Assembly: GCA_043753995.1 (NCBI GenBank)
Contig: JAYUVP010000098.1
Coordinates: forward strand, 24,841 to 88,840
Length of the DNA: 64,000 nt
Direction of reading: 5' to 3'
Source of the DNA: Fibrobacterota bacterium
GTDB lineage: Bacteria; Fibrobacterota; Fibrobacteria; UBA11236
How positions within the stretch are numbered: position 1 is the stretch's first letter; each line of letters begins with the position of its first letter. Shown here piece after piece: positions 19,474 to 28,713 of the stretch. The notes under the pieces were generated by a model, which did no database searches, had not been told where the DNA came from, and saw only the letters and a program-made list of their open reading frames with translations. Position numbers and translations under genes: made by a program.

Positions 19474-19708
19474 AAATCTCGATCCAAATCGATCCGGGCT
19501 CTTCGTCATCGATTTTCCCGTTGATCTGCCAATAGGCATTATCAAAAATCCGATACTCCTGGCCATCGGCAATATTCCGAAACGAATCGTTTTTAATGCG
19601 ATGGATAACATTCGGATCTGCGACAATCTGATAACTTCTCTTGATTTCGACTAACAAGTTATCCAATCCCGGGTCGACAGGGATCAATTCAAGCATGATG
19701 GATTTCAT
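19463..19708 (-). CDS. Small hypothetical protein
   Basis: 81-aa ORF with protein-like composition, convergent with glgX. No family recognised. Confidence 0.35.
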   Translation of the reverse strand: MKSIMLELIPVDPGLDNLLVEIKRSYQIVADPNVIHRIKNDSFRNIADGQEYRIFDNAYWQINGKIDDEEPGSIWIEIFKK

Positions 19709-19852
19709 ATCCGATCAAGGTAAAAATCGTAGCGGTATCCATAGGGTAAGACCCCATTCCAGCAATCACGACATGAAGCGAACTTACTTGCCATGTTTGC
19801 CAATTCGCAAAAGGCATAAAAGATTCACGGGCTGGCCTGGGAGGGACATAAA

Positions 19853-20122
19853 GTGATGAAGCATTTACTGATAGAGCTGGAAGCCAACGGGAAGAGCAAA
19901 AAACAGTGGGGGGCGAAATTGTATGTCAAAACGGAAACCACCTGGCATCACGTCCAAGAGGAAGAGGAAATCCTTTTCAAGAAATGCATGAATGTGTTTT
20001 CCAAAGCGGAAGCGGAGGAAATCGGCAGGGAAATCCAGGCCTTCAAAAACGGCAAATCCCAAGTACCCGCTTCGATACCTGAAATAAAACCATTGGAAAG
20101 CCAAGATGAAAAAAAACCATAA
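19853..20122 (+). pseudogene. C-terminal fragment of a hemerythrin (HHE) domain stress protein
   Basis: KHLLIELE..WGAKLYV..E...HHVQEEEEILF..AEEIG. The N-terminal half is missing. Lies directly upstream of katE. Confidence 0.55.
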
Positions 20123-22316
20123 AACCACAACGACGCCTCCAGTGGAGCAGCCGGATCTCAAGTCACAGGATCTCCAACCCTATTGCGAAGATGGGACCGA
20201 TACCTTGCTGACCACCAATCAAGGCCTCAAGATCAATGACAATCAGAATTCCCTGAAGGCCGGGGAGCGTGGCCCCACCTTGCTCGAAGATTTCATCCTG
20301 CGGGAAAAGATCACCCATTTCGATCATGAGCGCATCCCCGAGCGCATTGTGCATGCGCGCGGGGCCGCGGCCCATGGCTTTTTTCAGGTTTACGAATCAA
20401 TGCGAAAGTACACCAAGGCGGGTTTCCTCGCGGATCCTTCGATCAAGACTCCGGTTTTCGCGCGCTTTTCCACGGTGGCTGGTTCTCGCGGTTCTGCCGA
20501 TTTGGCCCGTGATGTACGCGGGTTTGCCGTCAAGTTCTATACCCAAGAAGGCAATTATGATCTGGTCGGTAATAATATGCCCGTCTTCTTTATCCAGGAC
20601 GCCATCAAATTCCCGGATCTCGTCCATGCTGTGAAACCGGAGCCGCATCGCGAGATTCCGCAAGCCTCTTCGGCCCACGATACCTTTTGGGATTTCATTT
20701 CCCTCATGCCGGAATCGACCCACATGATTATGTGGTTGATGTCGGACCGTGCCATCCCCCGCAGCTACCGCATGATGGAGGGGTTCGGCGTGCATACCTT
20801 CCGTTTCGTGAATGAGGCCGGCGAAGCTCATTTCGTCAAGTTCCATTGGAAGCCTTTATTGGGCGTGCATTCCGTGGTTTGGGACGAGGCCCAGAAAATT
20901 TCCGGAAAGGATCCGGATTTTCACCGGCGCGATCTCTGGGATGCCATTGAGAACGGGGATTTCCCGGAATGGGAACTCGGCGTGCAAATCGTCGAGGAGA
21001 AGGATGAATTCAAATTCGCCTTCGACTTGCTTGATCCGACCAAGCTGATTCCGGAAGAAGAAGTCCCTGTGATGCGCATCGGCAAGATGACCTTAAACCG
21101 TAATCCCGATAACTTTTTCGCGGAAACGGAGCAGGTTGCCTTCCATCCCGGCCATATTGTTCCTGGCATCGACTTTTCCAACGATCCCTTATTGCAAGGG
21201 CGACTCTTTTCCTATACCGATACCCAACTCAAGCGACTCGGCAGCCCCAATTTCCATGAGATACCCATTAACCGCCCGGTTACCCCCGTGCATAATAATC
21301 AGCGCGACGGCATGATGCGCCAGGCTATTAATACGGGCAAGGTCAGCTATGAACCGAACACCCTGGGTGGAGGATGCCCCATGCAGGCCAAGGCCGGCAT
21401 GGGTGGATTCGTCAGCCATGTCGAAAAAGTGGACGGCAATAAAATTCGTGCCCGTAGCGAAAGCTTTTTCGATCATTTCAGCCAGGCGACCTTGTTTTAT
21501 CATAGCCAGTCGCAACCGGAGAAAGATCATATTGTCCGAGCCTTCTGTTTCGAGTTGGGCAAGGTGGAAGTTTTGGCCATCCGCGAGCGCATGGTGCACA
21601 TTCTTGGCTTGGTCGATAAAGGCTTGGCCACCAAGGTGGCTTCGGGGCTGGGAATCCAATTGCCAGTTAAGATAGACCCGCCCTTGAATCGCAGCATTCC
21701 GGCCGATGGCGATCCCAAGGATTTCCAACCGATGTCGGGAAAGTATTTGCCAAAGAGCGAGGAGACGTTTTCTTCCGCACTTAGCATGGAGCATACCGTC
21801 AAGGGGATCAAAACCCGGAAGGTAGCGCTATTGATGGTCGACGGATTCGATGATGAGGAAGTAGCGCTGGTAGAAAAAATGTTGATGGAGGCCGGCGCCC
21901 AGACCATGATAGTGGCCCCTCACCTGGGGACCCTGAAAAGCGCTAAGGGCGTTGAACTCACTATTGATTTCAGCTTGCTGACAGCGGCTTCCGTTCTCTT
22001 CGACGCCCTTTATATTCCCGGCTCGACTAATCCCGTGGCGCTCATGGGTGAGCCCGATGCGCTCGAATTCATCCGTGATGCCTTCAAGCATTGCAAGACC
22101 ATCGGAGCCAATGTAGCGAGCGAAGGGGTGCTGCGCGCTGCGGACAAGGCTTTGGATAGGCTGGTGGGAGTCGAGTCCAAAACCCCGGAAAAAATCTTTT
22201 CCCAGAAGGGTGTCGTGGTGGGGACTACGAAGGAACTCAAGGTATTTGTTCCGGAATTCATTAAGGAGATGGGGGAGGGTCGGCATTGGATTCGGGAGGC
22301 GGACAAGCCGCTTTGA
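20106..22316 (+). CDS. katE: Catalase HPII (large subunit, C-terminal DJ-1/GATase-like domain)
   Basis: FDHERIPERIVHARG, RFSTVAGSRGS, DLVGNN and QGRLFSYTDTQ motifs; 736 aa. Confidence 0.97.
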   Translation: MKKNHKTTTTPPVEQPDLKSQDLQPYCEDGTDTLLTTNQGLKINDNQNSLKAGERGPTLLEDFILREKITHFDHERIPERIVHARGAAAHGFFQVYESMRKYTKAGFLADPSIKTPVFARFSTVAGSRGSADLARDVRGFAVKFYTQEGNYDLVGNNMPVFFIQDAIKFPDLVHAVKPEPHREIPQASSAHDTFWDFISLMPESTHMIMWLMSDRAIPRSYRMMEGFGVHTFRFVNEAGEAHFVKFHWKPLLGVHSVVWDEAQKISGKDPDFHRRDLWDAIENGDFPEWELGVQIVEEKDEFKFAFDLLDPTKLIPEEEVPVMRIGKMTLNRNPDNFFAETEQVAFHPGHIVPGIDFSNDPLLQGRLFSYTDTQLKRLGSPNFHEIPINRPVTPVHNNQRDGMMRQAINTGKVSYEPNTLGGGCPMQAKAGMGGFVSHVEKVDGNKIRARSESFFDHFSQATLFYHSQSQPEKDHIVRAFCFELGKVEVLAIRERMVHILGLVDKGLATKVASGLGIQLPVKIDPPLNRSIPADGDPKDFQPMSGKYLPKSEETFSSALSMEHTVKGIKTRKVALLMVDGFDDEEVALVEKMLMEAGAQTMIVAPHLGTLKSAKGVELTIDFSLLTAASVLFDALYIPGSTNPVALMGEPDALEFIRDAFKHCKTIGANVASEGVLRAADKALDRLVGVESKTPEKIFSQKGVVVGTTKELKVFVPEFIKEMGEGRHWIREADKPL

Positions 22317-22445
22317 GCGATTCGGGCTGAGACCTATCTTATTTCATCCATTTGCCCCTTTCCATGCTGCGGGAGTTTCATCCTTATGCTTAAATAGGGA
22401 GACCGAGCTTCACTGACCCGGTAAGGCAAATGGGGTGAGGTTCCC

Positions 22446-24782
22446 ATGAATTTGAATCCAAGGGGAGCGCGTTTCGCTCCCTTTATGTTAGTCACGCTTT
22501 TGCCGGCCCTTTACGCCTTCGGTGAAACTGGCAATAGTCTTTGGCTAAGATATGTCCCCCTATCGGATACGGCTTTGCGTAACGAGGCGCGGACCAAAAT
22601 AACGCAAATCGTGGTGCAAGGTAATTCTGAAACGATCACCACCCTGCGCGGCGAATTGCAACGTGGTTGCGATAGCCTCCTCGCCCAAAATACGCCGGCT
22701 GCGTCCTCCGTCACCTTGGACGGCGCGGTTATCGCCGGAACGCCTTCCTCATCCAGCCTCATCAGTGGGCTAGGTCTCACCCTCGATGCCCATCCCGAGG
22801 CTTATCGTATTCGGACAACCACGGTGAGCGGCAAAAGCGCCATCGTCATCGCCTCGCAAGGCGAAATCGGAACGCTATACGGAGCCTTCCACCTTTTGCG
22901 ATTGCTGCAAACCCACAAGTCCCTAGCCAATTTGGATATCTCAGAGAAACCAAAGATCCGCCGAAGGCTTCTGAATCATTGGGATAATTTGGATGGATCG
23001 ATAGAGCGCGGATATGCGGGGAGCTCCTTGTGGAAATGGAGCCAACTTCCGGGGACCCTCGATCCACGCTATACCGCCTATGCACGCGCCTGCGCGTCGG
23101 TGGGCATTAACGGCACGGTATTGAACAATGTCAATAATAGCGGCAATAAAGACATTCTTTCCACCGCCTATATCGGCAAGGTTGCGGCCTTGGCGAATGT
23201 CTTTCGCCCCTATGGAATCCGCGTCTATCTTAGCGCTTACTTCAATGCGCCTCAGCAGGTGGGGGGCTTGGCTACTTCGGATCCGCTGAACGCCTCGGTC
23301 ATTTCTTGGTGGGCGACCAAGGCGAATGAAATCTATGCCGCTATTCCCGATTTCGGCGGCTTTCTGGTCAAGGCCAATTCGGAAGGCCAACCTGGACCGA
23401 AAACCTATGGGCGCACCCATGCTGAGGGCGCGAATTGCCTCGCCGACGCCTTAGCGCCGCATGGAGGCGTGGTGTTCTGGCGCGCCTTTGTGTATGACGA
23501 TCATATTGACACCGATCGCATGAAACGAGCTTATCTCGAATTCAAACCACTCGACGGCAAGTTCCGCAAAAACGTGATTGTCCAAACCAAGAATGGCCCC
23601 TTCGATTTCCAGCCCCGCGAGCCCGTTCATCCCTTATTTGGCGGCCTGTCCAGTACTCATGTCAGCATGGAGTTCCAGATCACATCGGAGTATCTAGGAC
23701 AATCGACACACCTGGTATATTTGGCCCCGCTATGGAAAGAAGCCTTGGACTTCGATACCCACCAGAATGGGCCGGGTTCGACGGTCGCCAAGGTGGTGGA
23801 TGGTACGCGTGACGCGGATACTTTGACCGCCATTTCCGGAGTCGCCAATACCGGGGACGGGGTGAATTGGTGCGGGCACGATTTCTTGCAAGCGAACTGG
23901 TATTCCTTTGGCCGCCTTGCTTGGAACCATGAGCAGTCCTCGGATTCCATTGCCGAGGATTGGACCCGCATGACTTGGGGAAATGCGTCGGAAATTGTCT
24001 CAACAATTACAACCATGATGGCGGGCTCGCGGGAAGCCATCGTCAATTATATGATGCCTCTGGGCCTGGTCGGCATTTTCGCGAATGGCCATCATTATGG
24101 TCCCGATCCCAGTTATAATGCTGACACGACCCATCTCGATTGGAATTCGGTTTATTGGCATAAGGCCGATGCTATGGGTTTGGGTTATAACCGAACCGCG
24201 ACAGGCAGCAATATGGTTGGCCAATATTTCCCAACGGTACGTGATCGCTTCAATAATATCGCCACCACGCCCCCGGAATACCTCGCCTTCTTCCATCACG
24301 TGAGGTGGGATTATGTGCTTCCCTCCACGGGAAAATCGTTCTGGAATGAGCTCAATCAACGCTATTGCAGCGGCACCCAATACGTGACGGGGATGCGAAC
24401 GCAATGGGCATCTCTGAATGGGCGGGTGGATGCGGCGCGCTACGCCGCGGTTTCAACCAAGCTTACCGCGCATGAAACCAATGCCAATACGTGGCGCACG
24501 ACTTGCCTGAATTATTTTCGGACCTTCAGCAATTTGCCCATTTCCGGGTGCTCGCCGGTGGTGGCCCTCCAGGATGCGCGGATAGCGCCCATTTTAACGC
24601 CACAGTTACAGCCTATACATCTCTATCATACATCCGGACGCTTGGTACGAATTTTCCCAGGAGGCGAATTGGATTTCGGTTTGAAAGCCCTCCGTGCAGG
24701 GGGGAGCGATTTGCCCATAGGCATTTATTTCCTCCGGCAGGGGGACACCCGAAAGCGTATCCTGGTGGAACTTTCGAAATAG
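22446..24782 (+). CDS. aguA: Secreted alpha-glucuronidase (GH67) with CTD-like tail
   Basis: LWLRY, RLLNHWDNLDGSIERGYAG, LVKANSEGQPGP, KNGPFDFQPREP and EYLGQ motifs. Has a signal peptide. Confidence 0.93.
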   Translation: MNLNPRGARFAPFMLVTLLPALYAFGETGNSLWLRYVPLSDTALRNEARTKITQIVVQGNSETITTLRGELQRGCDSLLAQNTPAASSVTLDGAVIAGTPSSSSLISGLGLTLDAHPEAYRIRTTTVSGKSAIVIASQGEIGTLYGAFHLLRLLQTHKSLANLDISEKPKIRRRLLNHWDNLDGSIERGYAGSSLWKWSQLPGTLDPRYTAYARACASVGINGTVLNNVNNSGNKDILSTAYIGKVAALANVFRPYGIRVYLSAYFNAPQQVGGLATSDPLNASVISWWATKANEIYAAIPDFGGFLVKANSEGQPGPKTYGRTHAEGANCLADALAPHGGVVFWRAFVYDDHIDTDRMKRAYLEFKPLDGKFRKNVIVQTKNGPFDFQPREPVHPLFGGLSSTHVSMEFQITSEYLGQSTHLVYLAPLWKEALDFDTHQNGPGSTVAKVVDGTRDADTLTAISGVANTGDGVNWCGHDFLQANWYSFGRLAWNHEQSSDSIAEDWTRMTWGNASEIVSTITTMMAGSREAIVNYMMPLGLVGIFANGHHYGPDPSYNADTTHLDWNSVYWHKADAMGLGYNRTATGSNMVGQYFPTVRDRFNNIATTPPEYLAFFHHVRWDYVLPSTGKSFWNELNQRYCSGTQYVTGMRTQWASLNGRVDAARYAAVSTKLTAHETNANTWRTTCLNYFRTFSNLPISGCSPVVALQDARIAPILTPQLQPIHLYHTSGRLVRIFPGGELDFGLKALRAGGSDLPIGIYFLRQGDTRKRILVELSK

Positions 24783-24796
24783 GGAGGAGGAAAAGC

Positions 24797-25303
24797 ATGG
24801 CAAGCGCATTCGCCGAGGAGTTCAAGCGGGAAATCACGGAACGCATGGGGGAAAGCCGCGTGCGCCTGGGCAAATGCCTGGACGAGCTGGCCGCGGAGGA
24901 CCTGTGGCAGCGGCCCAATGGCTCATCCAATTCCGTCGGCAACCTTCTGCTGCACCTGAATGGCAACCTTACTCAATGGGTGCTGGCTGGCTTCGGCGGG
25001 GCCGACGACCATCGCCGCCGCGACACCGAGTTCGCCGCCCGCGAGGGAAGCGGCAAGGAGGACCTCCTGTCGCACCTGGGTTCGACCCTCGATGCCGTGC
25101 TGGGGCTGCTCGCGGGCGCGGGGGATGCCGAGCTCCTGCGCGTGCGCCCGGTGCAATGCTACCAGGCAAGCGGCATCTCCATCTTCGTGCATGTGACCGA
25201 GCATTTGTCCTACCATACGGGGCAGATTGCCTTCTGGACCAAGCAGCTCAAGGACAAGGATCTGGGCTTCTACGCGGGAGTGGATCTGAACCGCAAGCCC
25301 TAG
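24797..25303 (+). CDS. DinB/DUF1572 family protein
   Basis: RPNGSSNSVGNLLLHLNGN, RRRDTEF and EHLSYHTGQI motifs. Strong GGAGG SD. Confidence 0.85.
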   Translation: MASAFAEEFKREITERMGESRVRLGKCLDELAAEDLWQRPNGSSNSVGNLLLHLNGNLTQWVLAGFGGADDHRRRDTEFAAREGSGKEDLLSHLGSTLDAVLGLLAGAGDAELLRVRPVQCYQASGISIFVHVTEHLSYHTGQIAFWTKQLKDKDLGFYAGVDLNRKP

Positions 25304-25563
25304 GCGCCGGTATTTTTGTTCGTCTTCCTTTTTTTGGAAATGAAAAACAACCAGGCCGTCCAGGTTTAGGGCTCGTGCTATGCCTTCTGTTTACTGCTTT
25401 CACATCGCATCGGTTTTTGAGCCGGAATAGCCCATATCTCGCCTTTACCTCCCGATTCGGCAAAAAGGTTGGGCCGGGGTTGCCCGATAGCGTTAATTTG
25501 CGAAAACCATATGAGACGTCGCCTCCGAAGTCGGTGGTTAATAGGGCATTTGAAGGGGAAACT

Positions 25564-26712
25564 ATGTCGGCCAAAGCCAAAATCTTGTTTAATACCGTTC
25601 TTGGGATCACCCTTTCCGTTGCCTTAGGTGGGGCTGCGAATAAGGCCTGGGCGGAAGACTCGACCTGGGTGCAATTGTTCAATGGCAAAGATCTCAGTGA
25701 TTGGGACATCAAGTTTGCCGGCAAAGAATTGAATGTCAATTTCAACAATACCTTCAAGGTCGTGGACAGCGCCATCAGCGTAGACTACAGCGGCTGGACC
25801 CGGTTTAGCGATGAGTTCGGTCATGCAGCCAATAAGACCAAGGCTTATTCGCACTATTTATTACGTGTCGAGTACCAAGTGGGTCCGACTCAGGTTACCG
25901 GCGGACCTGCCTGGGCCGTGCAAAACAATGGTCTGATGGTGCATTCGCAGTCGATGGCCTCCATGACCCTAAAGCAAGATTTTCCTATCAGCATGGAGAC
26001 GCAGTTGCTGGGCGCAGGCAATACCGGATCCAATCCGAAGAACACCATGAATTTGTGCACGCCAGGAACGGCCTTTTACAATAATCCCTCTGGTGGAAGC
26101 GTCAACATGGAACATTGCGTTCCCTCAACTGCCACTGCGCGACCCGCACCCGGAACTTGGGCATGGGTTTCGGTTTCGGTCATGGGTGATTCCATCATTC
26201 GACATTTCAATCAGAAAAGCCCCACAGGCACTCCCGTCTTCACCTATTACCGGCCCGTATATTGGACGGGAAATGTCGCCAACCCTCCCGCGAATACACC
26301 CGCCAATGGCACTCCTTTGAAAAGCGGATATATCGCCATTCAAGCCGAAACGCATCCCTACAAATTCCGCAAGATGGAGCTACTCGACCTGGAAGGCTGC
26401 ATGGACAAAGCCAGCCCTGCTTATCGCACCTATTTTGTGAAAAGCAATGCCGCCCTTTGCGCGGGGACCGCGGTGAATCCGCGCCGAACCTTGCCCCAGG
26501 GCACGACCCTGAAGCGGGAGGCCGGAGGCTTTTCCTTTTTGGCTTCCAACCTGGGTAACCTGGAAGTTACGGATGCCTCGGGCCGCCAAGTGCTTCATTC
26601 CCATTTGCAAGCGGGCCATTCTCAGCACGTGTCCTTGCCGCAACGGGGCTTATATGTCGTGACTTGGCGCCAAGGAGCCGAGATTACCCGTATGAATTGG
26701 GCGAATTTTTAA
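25564..26712 (+). CDS. Secreted DUF1080 (3-keto-disaccharide hydrolase-like) protein with CTD-like tail
   Basis: WVQLFNGKDLSDW, NNGLMVHSQ, DFPISMETQLLG and GYIAIQAETHP motifs. Has a signal peptide. Confidence 0.85.
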   Translation: MSAKAKILFNTVLGITLSVALGGAANKAWAEDSTWVQLFNGKDLSDWDIKFAGKELNVNFNNTFKVVDSAISVDYSGWTRFSDEFGHAANKTKAYSHYLLRVEYQVGPTQVTGGPAWAVQNNGLMVHSQSMASMTLKQDFPISMETQLLGAGNTGSNPKNTMNLCTPGTAFYNNPSGGSVNMEHCVPSTATARPAPGTWAWVSVSVMGDSIIRHFNQKSPTGTPVFTYYRPVYWTGNVANPPANTPANGTPLKSGYIAIQAETHPYKFRKMELLDLEGCMDKASPAYRTYFVKSNAALCAGTAVNPRRTLPQGTTLKREAGGFSFLASNLGNLEVTDASGRQVLHSHLQAGHSQHVSLPQRGLYVVTWRQGAEITRMNWANF

Positions 26713-26917
26713 AGCGCACTAAAGCCAGTAGAATTTTGAGGGTGCGGTGACCTTATTTGCGCCTTCGCCCTAAGCTCTTTGAGACCGGTTGCGATTTGTG
26801 AGTTTCCGGTCTTCCATTTCCCCTTTTTAACTACACCTGCCTTGCATCACAATTCCTGCGTCATCCGCTCCTGCCTTTGCAAAAAAGTACGGGAGCCCTG
26901 GCCCAAAGGAAGAGCGA

Positions 26918-28468
26918 ATGCAAGGACAAAATTTACGCCATGGGTATTTCGGTCTTTTCAGCATCCTCGGCCTCGCTGGACTGGCGGGTTGCCTGCTTGG
27001 CAATAACGCTCCCGCCGACAAAGAAAAAGCCAAGACGATTATAGTCATTAGCGACACGGGAACCCCCCAGGACACGGCGAAAACCACAAAAACCGACACG
27101 ATAATAAAGGTAGATACTGTTACAAAAACTAAAACAGATACTGTGGTGACCGTCAAGCCTATTGACGTGAAGCCAGTCGACCCCGTGGTCACCCTTCCTC
27201 CCGTCGAACCGCCACCAGCACCCACTATTTTGACCCAGATGCTTCGTCTCGAACCGACCAAGTTGGGAGGTCTCGGCAAAAGGAGTATTTCGGTCGACAC
27301 CGGTGTCACCGGACCGCATTGGTCGAGTGATTTCAGGCTCACCAGCTTTAAGACCCCCATCACCCGCATCGTGCTCGAAAACATTGAGCACAATCGCTAT
27401 GCCGAGATATTCACCTGCCGCACCGGCAATTGCCTCGTCGAGCTAGTGGGTGATCAATTGGAAGACATTCTTGGCGCGGTATCGGCTGAAATCCAACCGG
27501 GCACCTATACCAGCGTGAACTTCAATTATTGCCGCGATGGAGAATCGGGTTATGAATCCCATGTCACCGGGGATGTCGAGCTGGATGGAAGACGCTGGCA
27601 TACCAAGGAAGGCACCAGTATGACCTTGGAGTCGCCAGCGACAGCATCGCGTATCCATTATTCGGGTTGCGGTCGTTCCTTTCCCTTGCCACGTCCTGTA
27701 ATCATCGCGGGCGATACCTCGCGCTCTGGAGGGGGAGATTCTGTGGGTAACGGCGGAGATACGTCTCATGTCGCTTGCTGGCGCAGCCTTTTCGATTCAC
27801 TTTCGCGCGCGGGTATTAACCCCGACACTTTGGAGCAGCTTCCACCCGGCCTGGAAGGACGGTGCCCAGGCGAACCGCCTCAAGACGGTGGGGAAGGTGG
27901 ACAGGGGACGACAGGCGGACTCATGAAGAGGGCCACGGGCGTTCTCATCGCCGAACCGGTGCGTTTTCGCCTATTCTATGACATCGACGGCATAGTCTGG
28001 GCAGGCCTGAATGAACCCGACACCAAATGGGCTTGGGCCCCGGGCAATTGCACCGGTCCGCATCCGGATGAATCCATGACCGATACCGTGCCCTATATTT
28101 GCGCAGGATACCCTGACATCGCCGGCACGAGCGATTCGACTGCCCCGACTCTTGAGCGCTACTATTTGAATGAGTCTAGCGTCTTCGGCCTCTTCTTCAA
28201 TTCCGATGACACCTTTATCGGAGGGTATTCCCGGCGTTACCTAGTGCAAGGCTCAAGCCGCACGCCGGGATTTGAGCCCGTCACCCCCATTCGCTTTTTC
28301 ACGGCTTTGGGTGGCGGTGCCTATCACTTCGCCAACTATGGTTCTTCGGTGAGTTCGAGTTATTTCGAAACCAATGATTTCCGCCGAGAGGCACATAGTG
28401 GCAGCTACACCGTAGAGCGCGGCACCCCTGGAGATTATTCCGCAACCCTTTCACCACCGAGTCTTTAG
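26918..28468 (+). CDS. Hypothetical lipoprotein
   Basis: LAGLAGC lipobox, Thr/Asp/Val/Pro-rich linker and a Gly-rich internal insertion. Confidence 0.75.
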   Translation: MQGQNLRHGYFGLFSILGLAGLAGCLLGNNAPADKEKAKTIIVISDTGTPQDTAKTTKTDTIIKVDTVTKTKTDTVVTVKPIDVKPVDPVVTLPPVEPPPAPTILTQMLRLEPTKLGGLGKRSISVDTGVTGPHWSSDFRLTSFKTPITRIVLENIEHNRYAEIFTCRTGNCLVELVGDQLEDILGAVSAEIQPGTYTSVNFNYCRDGESGYESHVTGDVELDGRRWHTKEGTSMTLESPATASRIHYSGCGRSFPLPRPVIIAGDTSRSGGGDSVGNGGDTSHVACWRSLFDSLSRAGINPDTLEQLPPGLEGRCPGEPPQDGGEGGQGTTGGLMKRATGVLIAEPVRFRLFYDIDGIVWAGLNEPDTKWAWAPGNCTGPHPDESMTDTVPYICAGYPDIAGTSDSTAPTLERYYLNESSVFGLFFNSDDTFIGGYSRRYLVQGSSRTPGFEPVTPIRFFTALGGGAYHFANYGSSVSSSYFETNDFRREAHSGSYTVERGTPGDYSATLSPPSL

Positions 28469-28713
28469 AAGCCATCTCTAAAATCCTTCCTGGCATCTGC
28501 CGCCAGGAGGGGGGAGACGAGGCCGACCACGCTTGCCGGGAATGACGGGCCGAAGGCGCGGGGGGAGACCCAGGGAAGGAGTGCTTTACGATACGTCCCC
28601 CCGATAAAGGGTGCCTAGAGTGTTGTCCGTCGATTTTTATGGTGGATTCGCTGTTTGTTGTTCTCCCTTTTTCATGGTTAGCCTAACTTTGTTGTTTCAA
28701 CGGAGGCGTAGCC

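Noticed and set aside
24491-25563. Long N-terminal extensions of the dinB (24491) and DUF1080 (24874) ORFs suggesting overlapping genes
   Set aside because: These are open frames typical of GC-rich DNA. The real starts, with SD and family or signal-peptide boundaries, are 24797 and 25564.
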